In this document: positions 1 to 9,245 of the stretch, piece by piece | Position numbering within the stretch: position 1 is the stretch's first letter | How the letters are laid out: every line of letters starts with the position of its first letter | Origin: Bacteroides sp. | GTDB taxonomy: Bacteria; Bacteroidota; Bacteroidia; G022818785 | Direction of reading: 5' to 3' | DNA: 29,245 nucleotides | Assembly: GCA_022818785.1 (NCBI GenBank) | Contig: CP063811.1 | Coordinates: 87,302 to 116,546, forward strand | Position numbers and translations under genes: made by a program | Notes under the pieces: model-generated | The model's input: only the letters and a program-made list of their open reading frames with translations | Database searches by the model: none | What the model was told of the DNA's origin: nothing

Positions 1-11
1 AAAAAAAATAT

Positions 12-845
12 TTATTTAATTTTATGATGATAAAATTTATCAATTAGTAAATTTTTGTCTATAGATTGTAGTAATGATTTTATTGTTATTTTATTGTCTT
101 TTATAAAAGATTGCTCTAATAAAATTTTTTCTCTATAAAACTTTTCTATTTTACCTGTAATAATTTTATTTTTTATGTTATCAGGATATTTATTACTTAA
201 TTGTGATTTAATAATATCAATTTCTGTATTTAATATACTTTCAGTTACATCATCTATACTTATAGCTATAGGATTCATAGATGCTATTTGCATAGATATA
301 TACTTGCCTATTTTTTTTATATCTGTAAATTTTTTATTAAATAATGTTATAACTCCTATTTGTTTGTTATTATGCATATAATATGAAGTATTATCACTAT
401 CTATAAAATTATAATTATGTAAAACAATTTTTTCACCTAAACTAGAAATACAATCTAAAATCATATCGTAAACCGATATATCATTTAATGTCATTTTTAG
501 TAAATCTTTTATTTCAATAATTTTATTTGATACAGCTATATTGGCAATATCATATGCTAAATTTATAAATTTGTTATTTTGAGCAACAAAGTCGGTTTCG
601 CATTTTAAAGTTAAAATAACAGATTTTTTATTTACATCATCATTTTTTATTATAACAATTCCCTCATTTAAATTGTTAATATCTCTATTAGATAGTATTT
701 TGGCACCTACCTTTCTAAGGTATATAAGAGATTTATCAATATCACCATTTGAATGAATTAAAGCATTTTTACAGTCCAAAATTCCTACATTTGTTTTTTT
801 ACGCAAATATATGATATCTGATAATTTTATATTATTTTTTATCAT
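12..845 (-). CDS. tsf: Translation elongation factor Ts
   Basis: N-terminal LRKKTNVGILDCKNAL, LKCETDFVA and SLGEKI motifs; lies directly after rpsB with a 14-nt overlap. Confidence 0.97.
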   Translation of the reverse strand: MIKNNIKLSDIIYLRKKTNVGILDCKNALIHSNGDIDKSLIYLRKVGAKILSNRDINNLNEGIVIIKNDDVNKKSVILTLKCETDFVAQNNKFINLAYDIANIAVSNKIIEIKDLLKMTLNDISVYDMILDCISSLGEKIVLHNYNFIDSDNTSYYMHNNKQIGVITLFNKKFTDIKKIGKYISMQIASMNPIAISIDDVTESILNTEIDIIKSQLSNKYPDNIKNKIITGKIEKFYREKILLEQSFIKDNKITIKSLLQSIDKNLLIDKFYHHKIK

Positions 846-1569
846 TATTAGTTTTTAAATTTATATTGTTAGAATTTTTTTCTTTATGTCTTAACTTAAT
901 AGCAGAATCGATTTCATTAACAATTAATGAAACTACTAATTCAATAGATTTCATAGAATCATCATTTCCAGGAATAGGGTAATCAATTAACGAGGGATCT
1001 GTATTAGTATCCACTATTCCTATTATAGGAATACCTAATTTAATAGCTTCATTAATAGCAATTTGTTCTTTATTTATATCTATTACAAAAATCGCAGATG
1101 GTAATCTATTTAATATTGAAATTCCATGCAGTAATTTATTTAATTTTGTATAACTACGATCAAAAATTAATTTTTCTTTTTTTGACATATTTTGATATAG
1201 CCCATCTTTTTTAAATTTTTCCATATTACTCATTTTTCTAATAGACCTACGTAAAGTAGAAAAATTAGTCAACATGCCTCCTAGCCATCTCTCTGATACA
1301 TATGGCATATTAACTTGTTTAGCATATGAAGAAATAATATTTTTAGTATGTTTTTTTGTTCCAACAAATAATATTTTACGACCTGATTTAGCTATTTCAT
1401 AAACCTTTTCACCAGCTAATTTTAGTTTAATAATTGATTTATTTAAGTTTATTATATGTATTTTGTTTTTCTTTGTAAGAATATAATCATTCATTTTAGG
1501 ATTCCATTTATGAGATAAATGGCCAAAATGTAGACCTGATTTTAACAAAGTTTCATATTGTATATTCAT
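832..1569 (-). CDS. rpsB: 30S ribosomal protein S2
   Basis: GLHFGH, WNPKM, ERWLGGMLTNF, VDTNTDP and IPGNDDS motifs. Confidence 0.99.
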   Translation of the reverse strand: MNIQYETLLKSGLHFGHLSHKWNPKMNDYILTKKNKIHIINLNKSIIKLKLAGEKVYEIAKSGRKILFVGTKKHTKNIISSYAKQVNMPYVSERWLGGMLTNFSTLRRSIRKMSNMEKFKKDGLYQNMSKKEKLIFDRSYTKLNKLLHGISILNRLPSAIFVIDINKEQIAINEAIKLGIPIIGIVDTNTDPSLIDYPIPGNDDSMKSIELVVSLIVNEIDSAIKLRHKEKNSNNINLKTNNDKK

Positions 1570-1598
1570 TAGAAAAATTTATATTTTTATATCTATAA

Positions 1599-1988
1599 TT
1601 AACGTTTACTAAATTGAAATTGTTTTCTAGCTTTTTTATATCCATATTTTTTTCTTTCTACAATTCTAGAATCTCTTGTTAATAAATTGTATTTTTTTAA
1701 ATCACTTCTAAAATCATGATTTTTTTTTATTAATGCCCTAGATATTGCTAATCTGAAAGCTTCAGCTTGACATTTAGTGCCACCACCTTTTAATTTTGCA
1801 TTTATATCAAAAATGTTTTCAGTTTTAGTAATTAATAAAGATTCTCTTACAATATTTTGAAGTATAATAGAATTAAAATATTCTTTGTAATCTTTACCAT
1901 TAGCAATAATTTTACCATTACCTGGTTTAACATAAATACGAACAATTGCAGTTTTTCTTTTTCCAGATGTTATGATATTATAATTCAT
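1599..1988 (-). CDS. rpsI: 30S ribosomal protein S9
   Basis: GKRKTA, GGG, LLTRDSRIVERKKYG and C-terminal QFSKR. Confidence 0.99.
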   Translation of the reverse strand: MNYNIITSGKRKTAIVRIYVKPGNGKIIANGKDYKEYFNSIILQNIVRESLLITKTENIFDINAKLKGGGTKCQAEAFRLAISRALIKKNHDFRSDLKKYNLLTRDSRIVERKKYGYKKARKQFQFSKR

Positions 1989-2003
1989 AATATATAATTT
2001 AAT

Positions 2004-2462
2004 TTATAAAATTTTTACAGGTTTTTGTGCTAAATGTGGATGTTCATCTTTAGAATAAACATATAAATTTTTTATAATATTTTTACTTAGTTTGTTTTTA
2101 GGCAACATTCTTTTAACAGCTTTATATATAATATTATTAGAACATTTTTTGATAATATCAATTGCCTTTTCTATACGTTGCCCACCAGGATATCCTGTGT
2201 ATCTGATATATTCTTTATTATACATTTTCTTTCCTGATAATTTGATCTTATCAGAATTTATAACTATTATATAGTCACCACAATTTACATTAGGAGTATA
2301 ATAAGTTTTACATTTTCCTCTTATTAATACTACAATTTTAGAAGCTAATCTTCCTAATATTTTATCACTAGCATCTATTACAAACCATTTTCTATTTATT
2401 TGATCTTTTTTTACACTAATTGTGCAATTATTCATCTTATTAAAATTGTTATTAATATTCAT
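2004..2462 (-). CDS. rplM: 50S ribosomal protein L13
   Basis: WFVIDA, LGRLAS, YTPNVNCGD, YTGYPGG, MLPKN and HPHLAQKP motifs. Exact start uncertain. Confidence 0.98.
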   Translation of the reverse strand: MNINNNFNKMNNCTISVKKDQINRKWFVIDASDKILGRLASKIVVLIRGKCKTYYTPNVNCGDYIIVINSDKIKLSGKKMYNKEYIRYTGYPGGQRIEKAIDIIKKCSNNIIYKAVKRMLPKNKLSKNIIKNLYVYSKDEHPHLAQKPVKIL

Positions 2463-2487
2463 TACATAATAATTATTAAAATAAAAG

Positions 2488-2495
2488 CAAATATA
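2488..2495 (-). promoter_or_regulatory. Candidate Bacteroidota -7 promoter element (TATATTTG) for the rplM operon
   Basis: Matches the TAnnTTTG consensus 25 nt upstream of the rplM ATG in the correct orientation. The motif is short and the sequence is AT-rich. Confidence 0.55.
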
Positions 2496-2596
2496 CTATA
2501 TTTAGTCTAATATAAAACTTAAAAAGTTAATTATATAAATTATATCTGCTAAATTATTATTTTTTATTTATTACAACTATACGAATATTTTTTATT

Positions 2597-2604
2597 TAAA
2601 TTTG
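2597..2604 (+). promoter_or_regulatory. Candidate Bacteroidota -7 promoter element (TAAATTTG) for uppS-bamA-skp
   Basis: TAnnTTTG match 72 nt upstream of uppS in the divergent intergenic region. Confidence 0.35.
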
Positions 2605-2676
2605 TTTTTTTATATATAAATGATATGGTTATTTTTAATTTTACATTAGAAAATTTTATAATAAATATTTAATATA

Positions 2677-3414
2677 ATGAATAAAAAAAATAATATCATT
2701 ATTGATAAATTACCCAAGCATATTGCAATTATTATGGATGGAAATGGAAGATGGGGAAAAATTAATGGAACGTCTCGTATAGATGGGCATAAAAAAGGTA
2801 TAGAATCAGTAAAAGATATTATAAATGTAAATTTAAATTTAGGAATAGGATATCTAACCTTATATGTTTTTTCAAATGAGAATTGGAAAAGACCTTCCAG
2901 TGAAGTAAGTGCATTAATACACTTATTAGTCAATACAGTTAAATCTGAAAAAGAATCTCTGATGAAAAATAATATAAAGCTTAACGTTATAGGTAAATTA
3001 GAAAAATTACCTAAATATTGCTACAAAGCTTTATATGAAGTAATGAACGTCACAAAAAAAAATAATAAAATGCTACTTAACTTGGCTATAAGTTATAGTT
3101 CCCAATTAGAAATAATTGATATGGTACACAAAGTTATTAAAATGACTTTAAGTAAAAGTATAAATGTTAATAGTATAGATAAAAAATTTATTAAATCCTT
3201 GTTATATACTGCAAATATACCAGATCCTGAATTAATTATTAGAACAGGAGGTGAAAAAAGAATCAGTAATTTTATGTTGTGGCAAATAGCATATTCAGAA
3301 CTTTATTTTACTGAAAAACTTTGGCCTGATTTTAAAAAAGAAGATTATTATGAAGCTATTATAGATTATCAGAATAGAGAAAGACGATTTGGTTTAATAA
3401 GCGAACAAATATAA
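2677..3414 (+). CDS. uppS: Undecaprenyl diphosphate synthase (isoprenyl transferase)
   Basis: HIAIIMDGNGRW, FSNENWKRP and IRTGGEKRISNFMLWQIAYSE motifs; C-terminal RRFG. Confidence 0.98.
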   Translation: MNKKNNIIIDKLPKHIAIIMDGNGRWGKINGTSRIDGHKKGIESVKDIINVNLNLGIGYLTLYVFSNENWKRPSSEVSALIHLLVNTVKSEKESLMKNNIKLNVIGKLEKLPKYCYKALYEVMNVTKKNNKMLLNLAISYSSQLEIIDMVHKVIKMTLSKSINVNSIDKKFIKSLLYTANIPDPELIIRTGGEKRISNFMLWQIAYSELYFTEKLWPDFKKEDYYEAIIDYQNRERRFGLISEQI

Positions 3415-5157
3415 ATGAATTTTTATTTTATATTTTTAATAGGATTAATATCTTTTAATAATTTTATTACAAATGATACAGAAATTACCTTATATAATTT
3501 AAATTGTAATAATCTATCACATTTATGTAAACAAAATCATCATAAAAAAATAAAGTTAAATTTTTATGGTATTAATGACGATGATAAAGAGAAACTTTAT
3601 AAAATTTTTCATGATAACTGTTTTACACTACAAAATACAATTAATAGTCAAGTAAAATCATTTATTATAGAATATTTATATAATAGAAAATTGCTTAATG
3701 TTGATTTGTATTCATTCTATTCAAGGAAAGATAATTTATTATATAATATTAACATATATATATATTCTAAAAAAGAATACATATTTGTCAGACAGATATA
3801 TTTTATAGGTAACTATCAATTTAGTGATTTTTTTTTAAAAAGTATTATAAATATACTGGAATATCATACTTATGATGTTAGTTATATTTTGCAATATATC
3901 AATAATATTAGCAATATAATTCATTTATACAATGAAAAGGGATTTTATCTTTGTAAGATAAATTATACTTTTTTAAAGTTTAATAGTGTAACTATAGATA
4001 TTTTATTTAACATATCAGAAGGTAAAAAGCTTATTATTAACTTAACATATATTGAAGGAAATAAAATAATAAGCAATAATATGATATCTAAAATATTGAA
4101 TATAAATCATAATAATTATTATTTGAATAATTCAATAAAGCAAAGTATAAAAAATTTAGAATGTAGTAATATTATACAAAGCAATGAAACACAATTTTTT
4201 TCATATATACATAAGAAATATAATTTCATAGATCTAAAATATATTATAAAAGAAAAAAACAATAATATTAAACTATCTGGTAATTATAAAAATCATAATA
4301 TTTACTTTAACCTAAATGTTTTTATAAAAAAAAAATTCTTTATAAATTTTTTTAAATATTTGGTTTGTGAAAATTATATACAATCATATATTTCTTTGGA
4401 GAAAGAATCAATACTGAAAATAATTAATAATTATGATATAATATCGATAGTAAATGACAAATTATACAATAATTTTTTATCTTTTGATATTTATTTAGAT
4501 CAAACACAACTCATAAAATATGATAATAATATAACTACAAAAATAGGATATCAAAAAAATGTATTATTTAACTATAATAATTTCAATATAAAAAAATATA
4601 TTACGATATATAAATCATTATATAAAATAAATAATAGAAAAACATATTTTTCATATAATACAATACTTACATATGATGATTTAATTATTAATATAATTCC
4701 CTATAAAGGACATTATATAATTGTAAATACTGAAATATTCTTTTTGAAAGAACCTATAAATGATTTTTATAAAATTAAAATAAATTTTAATAAATATAAA
4801 AAAATAAAAAATTACATTTTACATATAGATTATAATTATATTTTTCCCTTTGAAATGGAAAATATGAAAACCAATAAAAATAAATTTGATTTAGAAATAT
4901 TATATACATTTTTTAATCAGTCTTTAAAAGACAAAATTTTTACTTCTATATTTACTAATATTGATATTTATAATGTTCATTATAATTATTTTCTCAATAA
5001 AATTTTTAATACAGAATATTCATGCGGCATAGGATTAAAATTTAATATTCCAATAATGGGATTATTATCTATAGATATTGTTTTAATTAAAAACGATCAA
5101 AAGCAGTTATTTGATTTTAAAAAAAATATATTAATAAATATAAAAAAATCATTTTAA
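3415..5157 (+). CDS. bamA: Highly diverged, shortened BamA/Omp85 outer membrane assembly factor
   Basis: Sits between uppS and skp, the conserved Bacteroidota position. POTRA-like segments (VRQIYFIGNYQFSD, LYNEKGFY, FNISEGKKLIINLTYIEGNK), barrel-end motif SCGIGLKFNIPIMGLLSID, terminal Phe and an N-terminal hydrophobic signal. Confidence 0.8.
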   Translation: MNFYFIFLIGLISFNNFITNDTEITLYNLNCNNLSHLCKQNHHKKIKLNFYGINDDDKEKLYKIFHDNCFTLQNTINSQVKSFIIEYLYNRKLLNVDLYSFYSRKDNLLYNINIYIYSKKEYIFVRQIYFIGNYQFSDFFLKSIINILEYHTYDVSYILQYINNISNIIHLYNEKGFYLCKINYTFLKFNSVTIDILFNISEGKKLIINLTYIEGNKIISNNMISKILNINHNNYYLNNSIKQSIKNLECSNIIQSNETQFFSYIHKKYNFIDLKYIIKEKNNNIKLSGNYKNHNIYFNLNVFIKKKFFINFFKYLVCENYIQSYISLEKESILKIINNYDIISIVNDKLYNNFLSFDIYLDQTQLIKYDNNITTKIGYQKNVLFNYNNFNIKKYITIYKSLYKINNRKTYFSYNTILTYDDLIINIIPYKGHYIIVNTEIFFLKEPINDFYKIKINFNKYKKIKNYILHIDYNYIFPFEMENMKTNKNKFDLEILYTFFNQSLKDKIFTSIFTNIDIYNVHYNYFLNKIFNTEYSCGIGLKFNIPIMGLLSIDIVLIKNDQKQLFDFKKNILINIKKSF

Positions 5158-5215
5158 TCGATCCTTTATTAAAAGAAAATAATTTACTATATTAATTTTA
5201 TTTATAATATAAGAT

Positions 5216-5737
5216 ATGAAATACGTTTTTTTATTATTATTTATTACTTTTTTTGGTGGAGCATCTAATTTATCAATAAATTCCAATGAGTTGAAAATAG
5301 GTTATATTAATATGAATGAGTTATTGCAATTAATGCCTGAAATTATTGAAGTAAATAATGAAATGCAAAATTATCTTAATAATTTAGAAAATATAATGTC
5401 AGATATGCAAAAAGATTTTCAAAATAAGTATTCTTATTATGAAAATAATAAGAACGAATTTGCTGATATTATAAAAAAAGATAAAGAAAAAGAATTAGAA
5501 GACTTAAGTAATAGAATCAATGAATATCAAATTCATGCTCAAAATGATATAAACAATAAAAAAAATGAGTTATTGAGCCCATTATATGATAATGCTAAAA
5601 AAGTAATAAAAGAAATTGCTATTGAAAATAACTTGTCTTATATAATCGATAATAGCCAAAGTATAATAATTCATGGTCCATTAGAATATGATATTATCAA
5701 TATAGTTAAACAAAAATTAAATTTAATCAAAAATTGA
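5216..5737 (+). CDS. skp: OmpH/Skp family periplasmic chaperone
   Basis: Signal peptide, KIGYINMNELLQLMPE, long coiled-coil, C-terminal YIID...YDI; follows bamA. Confidence 0.92.
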   Translation: MKYVFLLLFITFFGGASNLSINSNELKIGYINMNELLQLMPEIIEVNNEMQNYLNNLENIMSDMQKDFQNKYSYYENNKNEFADIIKKDKEKELEDLSNRINEYQIHAQNDINNKKNELLSPLYDNAKKVIKEIAIENNLSYIIDNSQSIIIHGPLEYDIINIVKQKLNLIKN

Positions 5738-5748
5738 TTTACATATTT

Positions 5749-7164
5749 TTAAAATAAAACATCTGTATTGCCAATTATAATATTATCTTGTTTCCAATTG
5801 GTAAATTTTACATATTCATTTATATACTTTGTGTATATTTTACCTGTTTCACCATTTCTATGTTTAGCAATAATAATTTCAGCTAAATTATTTGTAGGAA
5901 TTCCATCTTCATTTTCTATTATACCATAATATTCAGGTCTATATATAAAAAGTACTAAATCTGCATCTTGCTCTATAGATCCAGATTCTCTTAAATCTGA
6001 TAAGACAGGTCTTCTAATACCTCCTCTTTTTTCTACTTCTCTACTTAATTGAGACAAAGCAATAACAGGTATATCTAATTCTTTAGCAATTGATTTTAAA
6101 GATCTCGAAATATTACTTATTTCTTGTTCTCTATTACTATATCTACTATTATTGTTATTATGTCTCATTAATTGTAGGTAATCAATTACTATTAAATCTA
6201 TATTATGTTGTGATTTCATTCGTCTACATTTAGCTTTTAATTCAAAAATACTTAAAGCAGGTGTATCATCTATAAATATAGGCGAATTCATTAATGGATT
6301 AATTTTATCATGTAATAACATCCATTCATTTTGAGATAATTTGCCTTTACGAATTTTATTTTGTGGAATTTCTATTTCACTAGATATTAAACGATTTGCG
6401 ATTTGTATTGCAGACATTTCCATAGAAAATAGAGCTACTGCTTTTTGGGTAATATGTACAAAATTTCTCATAATTGAAAGCCCAAAAGCTGTTTTTCCCA
6501 TTCCGGGGCGACCAGCAATAATAATTAAATCAGATTTTTGAAAGCCTGATGTAATACCATCTAATTCATTAAAACCACTAGGTATTCCAATTATATCATC
6601 AGATTTGTTATCTATTAAATATTTTATTTGATCTAAAGATTTTTTTAAAAGCTTTGATAAGCTAAAAAAATTTCTTTTAACATTATATTCAGTTATATTA
6701 AAAAGTTTTTCCTCAGTTTTATCTAATAAATCAAAGGTATCAATTGTATCATCATATGATGAAGTTATGATATCAGAAGAAGTACTGATTAATTTTCTTC
6801 TTATGTATTTTTCTGCTATAATTTTTGCATGATATTCTATATTAGATGCAGAAGCCACATTATTCGTAAGTTTCATAACATATGAAAATGCATCATCATT
6901 TTTAAATGTATTGTCTTTGTTTAATCTTTCATTAACTGTAATTATATCTATAGGTTCATTACTTTCAAATAAATTTTTAAATGATTGATAAATTTTTTGA
7001 TGTAAAGGATCATAAAACATTTCTGGATAAAGAAATTCTATAACTTTTATTAAAGCTTCTTTTTCTAATAAAATAGATCCTAAAACAATTCTTTCTACTT
7101 CGATAGATTGTGGAGGAATTTTTCCAAATGGTATATATGAATTTTCAATTTTCATATTATTCAA
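5749..7164 (-). CDS. dnaB: Replicative DNA helicase (likely true start is the ATG at 7155)
   Basis: GKIPPQ N-terminus, Walker A GRPGMGKT, IDYLQLM, LSQLSR, SDLRESGSIEQDAD and IAKHRNG. Confidence 0.99.
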   Translation of the reverse strand: MNNMKIENSYIPFGKIPPQSIEVERIVLGSILLEKEALIKVIEFLYPEMFYDPLHQKIYQSFKNLFESNEPIDIITVNERLNKDNTFKNDDAFSYVMKLTNNVASASNIEYHAKIIAEKYIRRKLISTSSDIITSSYDDTIDTFDLLDKTEEKLFNITEYNVKRNFFSLSKLLKKSLDQIKYLIDNKSDDIIGIPSGFNELDGITSGFQKSDLIIIAGRPGMGKTAFGLSIMRNFVHITQKAVALFSMEMSAIQIANRLISSEIEIPQNKIRKGKLSQNEWMLLHDKINPLMNSPIFIDDTPALSIFELKAKCRRMKSQHNIDLIVIDYLQLMRHNNNNSRYSNREQEISNISRSLKSIAKELDIPVIALSQLSREVEKRGGIRRPVLSDLRESGSIEQDADLVLFIYRPEYYGIIENEDGIPTNNLAEIIIAKHRNGETGKIYTKYINEYVKFTNWKQDNIIIGNTDVLF

Positions 7165-7293
7165 TGTATTTTGTTTATCAGTTTAAAGATATGATAAGAA
7201 ACAATATAAAGCAATGATATTTGTATAATTAAACTCAATTGTGTATTATTGATTTAGTGCTTTGCTAGTATTGAAATTTATATTTTATTTATA

Positions 7294-7392
7294 ATGATTG
7301 TTTTGTATTGTATTTTTATCAAAATAGGTATGTATTTTTTATTTCACCTATGTATGCTTTGCAATTATTTCCCGTGTTATTGTATTAATTAA
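7294..7392 (+). other. Candidate 32-aa upstream ORF / leader peptide (MIVLYCIFIKIGMYFLFHLCMLCNYFPCYCIN)
   Basis: Translated by hand from ATG 7294 to TAA 7390-7392. Same strand as the arg cluster and ends 81 nt before it. Function is unproven. Confidence 0.3.
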
Positions 7393-7473
7393 TAATTTAT
7401 ATATGTCTTAAATAGTACATATTGAATTCTTATTGTGTTTATCTCTTAATAATATATAATTATTACAATTAAT

Positions 7474-8028
7474 ATGATCTTTAAAGATTTTGATATTTCC
7501 GTAACAAACTGTAATCATTCTCAATACGTTGAACAAATCATTACAGAAATAGCTCAAAGTGCTAAAGCAAGAGGTATAGGTGTAGCTAATAAATCTAAAG
7601 AACATTTGTTAGAAAGAATAAATTCTGGCAATTCTGTTATTGCAATTAATATAAATTCTAAAAAATGGGCTGGGTTTTGTTATATTGATTTATGGAATTT
7701 AGACAAATTTATAGTACATTCTGGATTAATAGTTAACCCTATCTATAGAAATTATGGATTAGCAAAAGTAATTAAAAAAACTATATTTGATTATAGTAAA
7801 AAAAAATATCCTGATTACAGGATATTTGGTATTACAAATTCTGCTGCTGTTATGAAAATAAACAGTGATTTAGGTTATACTCCTGTCTCATTTGCAGAAA
7901 TTACACAAGATATTGAATTTTGGAAAGGATGTAAAAGCTGTGTTAACTATGAAATTTTAAAACAAAAAAAATATAAAAATTGTTTATGTACTGCATTATT
8001 ATATAATAATATAAAACAAAAAAAATGA
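7474..8028 (+). CDS. GNAT-family acyltransferase, Bacteroidota ArgA-like (N-acylglutamate synthase candidate)
   Basis: SAKARGIGVA, WAGFCYI, SGLIVNPIYRNYGLAK (acyl-CoA loop) and FWKGCKSCVNY...CLCT; first gene of the arg cluster with an ATGA overlap into argG. Confidence 0.85.
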   Translation: MIFKDFDISVTNCNHSQYVEQIITEIAQSAKARGIGVANKSKEHLLERINSGNSVIAININSKKWAGFCYIDLWNLDKFIVHSGLIVNPIYRNYGLAKVIKKTIFDYSKKKYPDYRIFGITNSAAVMKINSDLGYTPVSFAEITQDIEFWKGCKSCVNYEILKQKKYKNCLCTALLYNNIKQKK

Positions 8029-9245
8029 AAAAAATAGTTTTAGCATATAGTGGAGGTTTAGATACTACATATTGTCTTTTTTATCTGAAGAAAATAAAAA
8101 ATATGGATGTATACCCTATTATGATAGATACTTATGGTATAAGTACAAAAAATATTGAATGTATTAAAAAGAATTTACTTCAACTAGATATTAAAAATTT
8201 CAAATGTTTAAATCTATTAAATCAATATTATAAATATTTTATTAAATATCTAATATACGGAAATGTATTAAAAAATAATACTTATCCACTTTCTGTAAGT
8301 GCAGAACGAACTATACAAGCTATTGCAATAGCACAATATACCAAAAGTATTAATGCAGAATATGTAGCACATGGTAGTACTGGAGCTGGAAATGATCAAG
8401 TAAGATTTGATATGATATTCAATATATTAATACCCAATATTAAAATTATTACACCTATAAGAGATAATAAAATTACAAGAGAAGAAGAAATAGAATTTTT
8501 AAAAAAATATAATATCCACATGGATTTTAGCAAATCAAAGTATTCTGTTAATAAAGGAATTTGGGGAAATTCTATAGGTGGTTCTGAAACTTTAAATTCT
8601 TATCAATATTTATCTGAAGAAGCTTTTCAAAAAGTTACATATAATAATAAAAAACGTATTAAAATTTCCTTTCGAAAAGGCGAAATATGTGGATTGAATG
8701 ATAAATTTGACAATCCTGTAAACATCATAAAATATATTGAAGAAATTGGTACAAATTTCGGTATTGGAAGAGATATACATGTAGGTGATACAATTTTAGG
8801 GATTAAAGGCAGAATAGGGATAGAAATAGCTGCTCCTATTATAATAATAAAATCTCATCATGCTTTAGAGAAACATATTTTATCAAAATGGCAATTATAT
8901 TGGAAAGACACTTTAAGTATTTGGTATGGCAATCAATTACATGAAGGTAATGTTTTAGATCCTGCAATGCGCGATATAGAATCATTTTTTGAAAATACAC
9001 AATTTAATGTTACTGGTGATGTATATATTAGTTTGTATCCATATAGATTTGTAATAGAAGGAATTAAATCAGATTATGATTTAATGTCATTTCAAAGTAA
9101 TGTTTACGGTGAAATTAATAATAGTTGGTCTAGTAATGATATAAAAGGATTTATAAAAATCATGGGAATGTCAAACTATATATATCATTGTAAAAATGAA
9201 TTAAATGATAATAATTATCTAAAAAAATTTAACGACCTCATATGA
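8025..9245 (+). CDS. argG: Argininosuccinate synthase
   Basis: VLAYSGGLDT, YPLSVSAER and AHGSTGAGNDQVRF motifs. Confidence 0.98.
   Translation: MKKIVLAYSGGLDTTYCLFYLKKIKNMDVYPIMIDTYGISTKNIECIKKNLLQLDIKNFKCLNLLNQYYKYFIKYLIYGNVLKNNTYPLSVSAERTIQAIAIAQYTKSINAEYVAHGSTGAGNDQVRFDMIFNILIPNIKIITPIRDNKITREEEIEFLKKYNIHMDFSKSKYSVNKGIWGNSIGGSETLNSYQYLSEEAFQKVTYNNKKRIKISFRKGEICGLNDKFDNPVNIIKYIEEIGTNFGIGRDIHVGDTILGIKGRIGIEIAAPIIIIKSHHALEKHILSKWQLYWKDTLSIWYGNQLHEGNVLDPAMRDIESFFENTQFNVTGDVYISLYPYRFVIEGIKSDYDLMSFQSNVYGEINNSWSSNDIKGFIKIMGMSNYIYHCKNELNDNNYLKKFNDLI

Noticed and set aside
175-2933. Short ORFs 175-381 (+), 2092-2274 (+) and 2646-2933 (-)
   Set aside because: Antisense shadows of tsf, rplM and uppS with no recognisable motifs.
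7220-7440. Canonical ArgR ARG boxes upstream of the arg cluster
   Set aside because: Only TGNAT half-sites are present; no complete TGNAT-W4-ATNCA palindrome, and no argR in the window.
6341-7605. ORFs 6341-6541 (+) and 7408-7605 (-)
   Set aside because: Antisense to dnaB and the GNAT gene; no family features.
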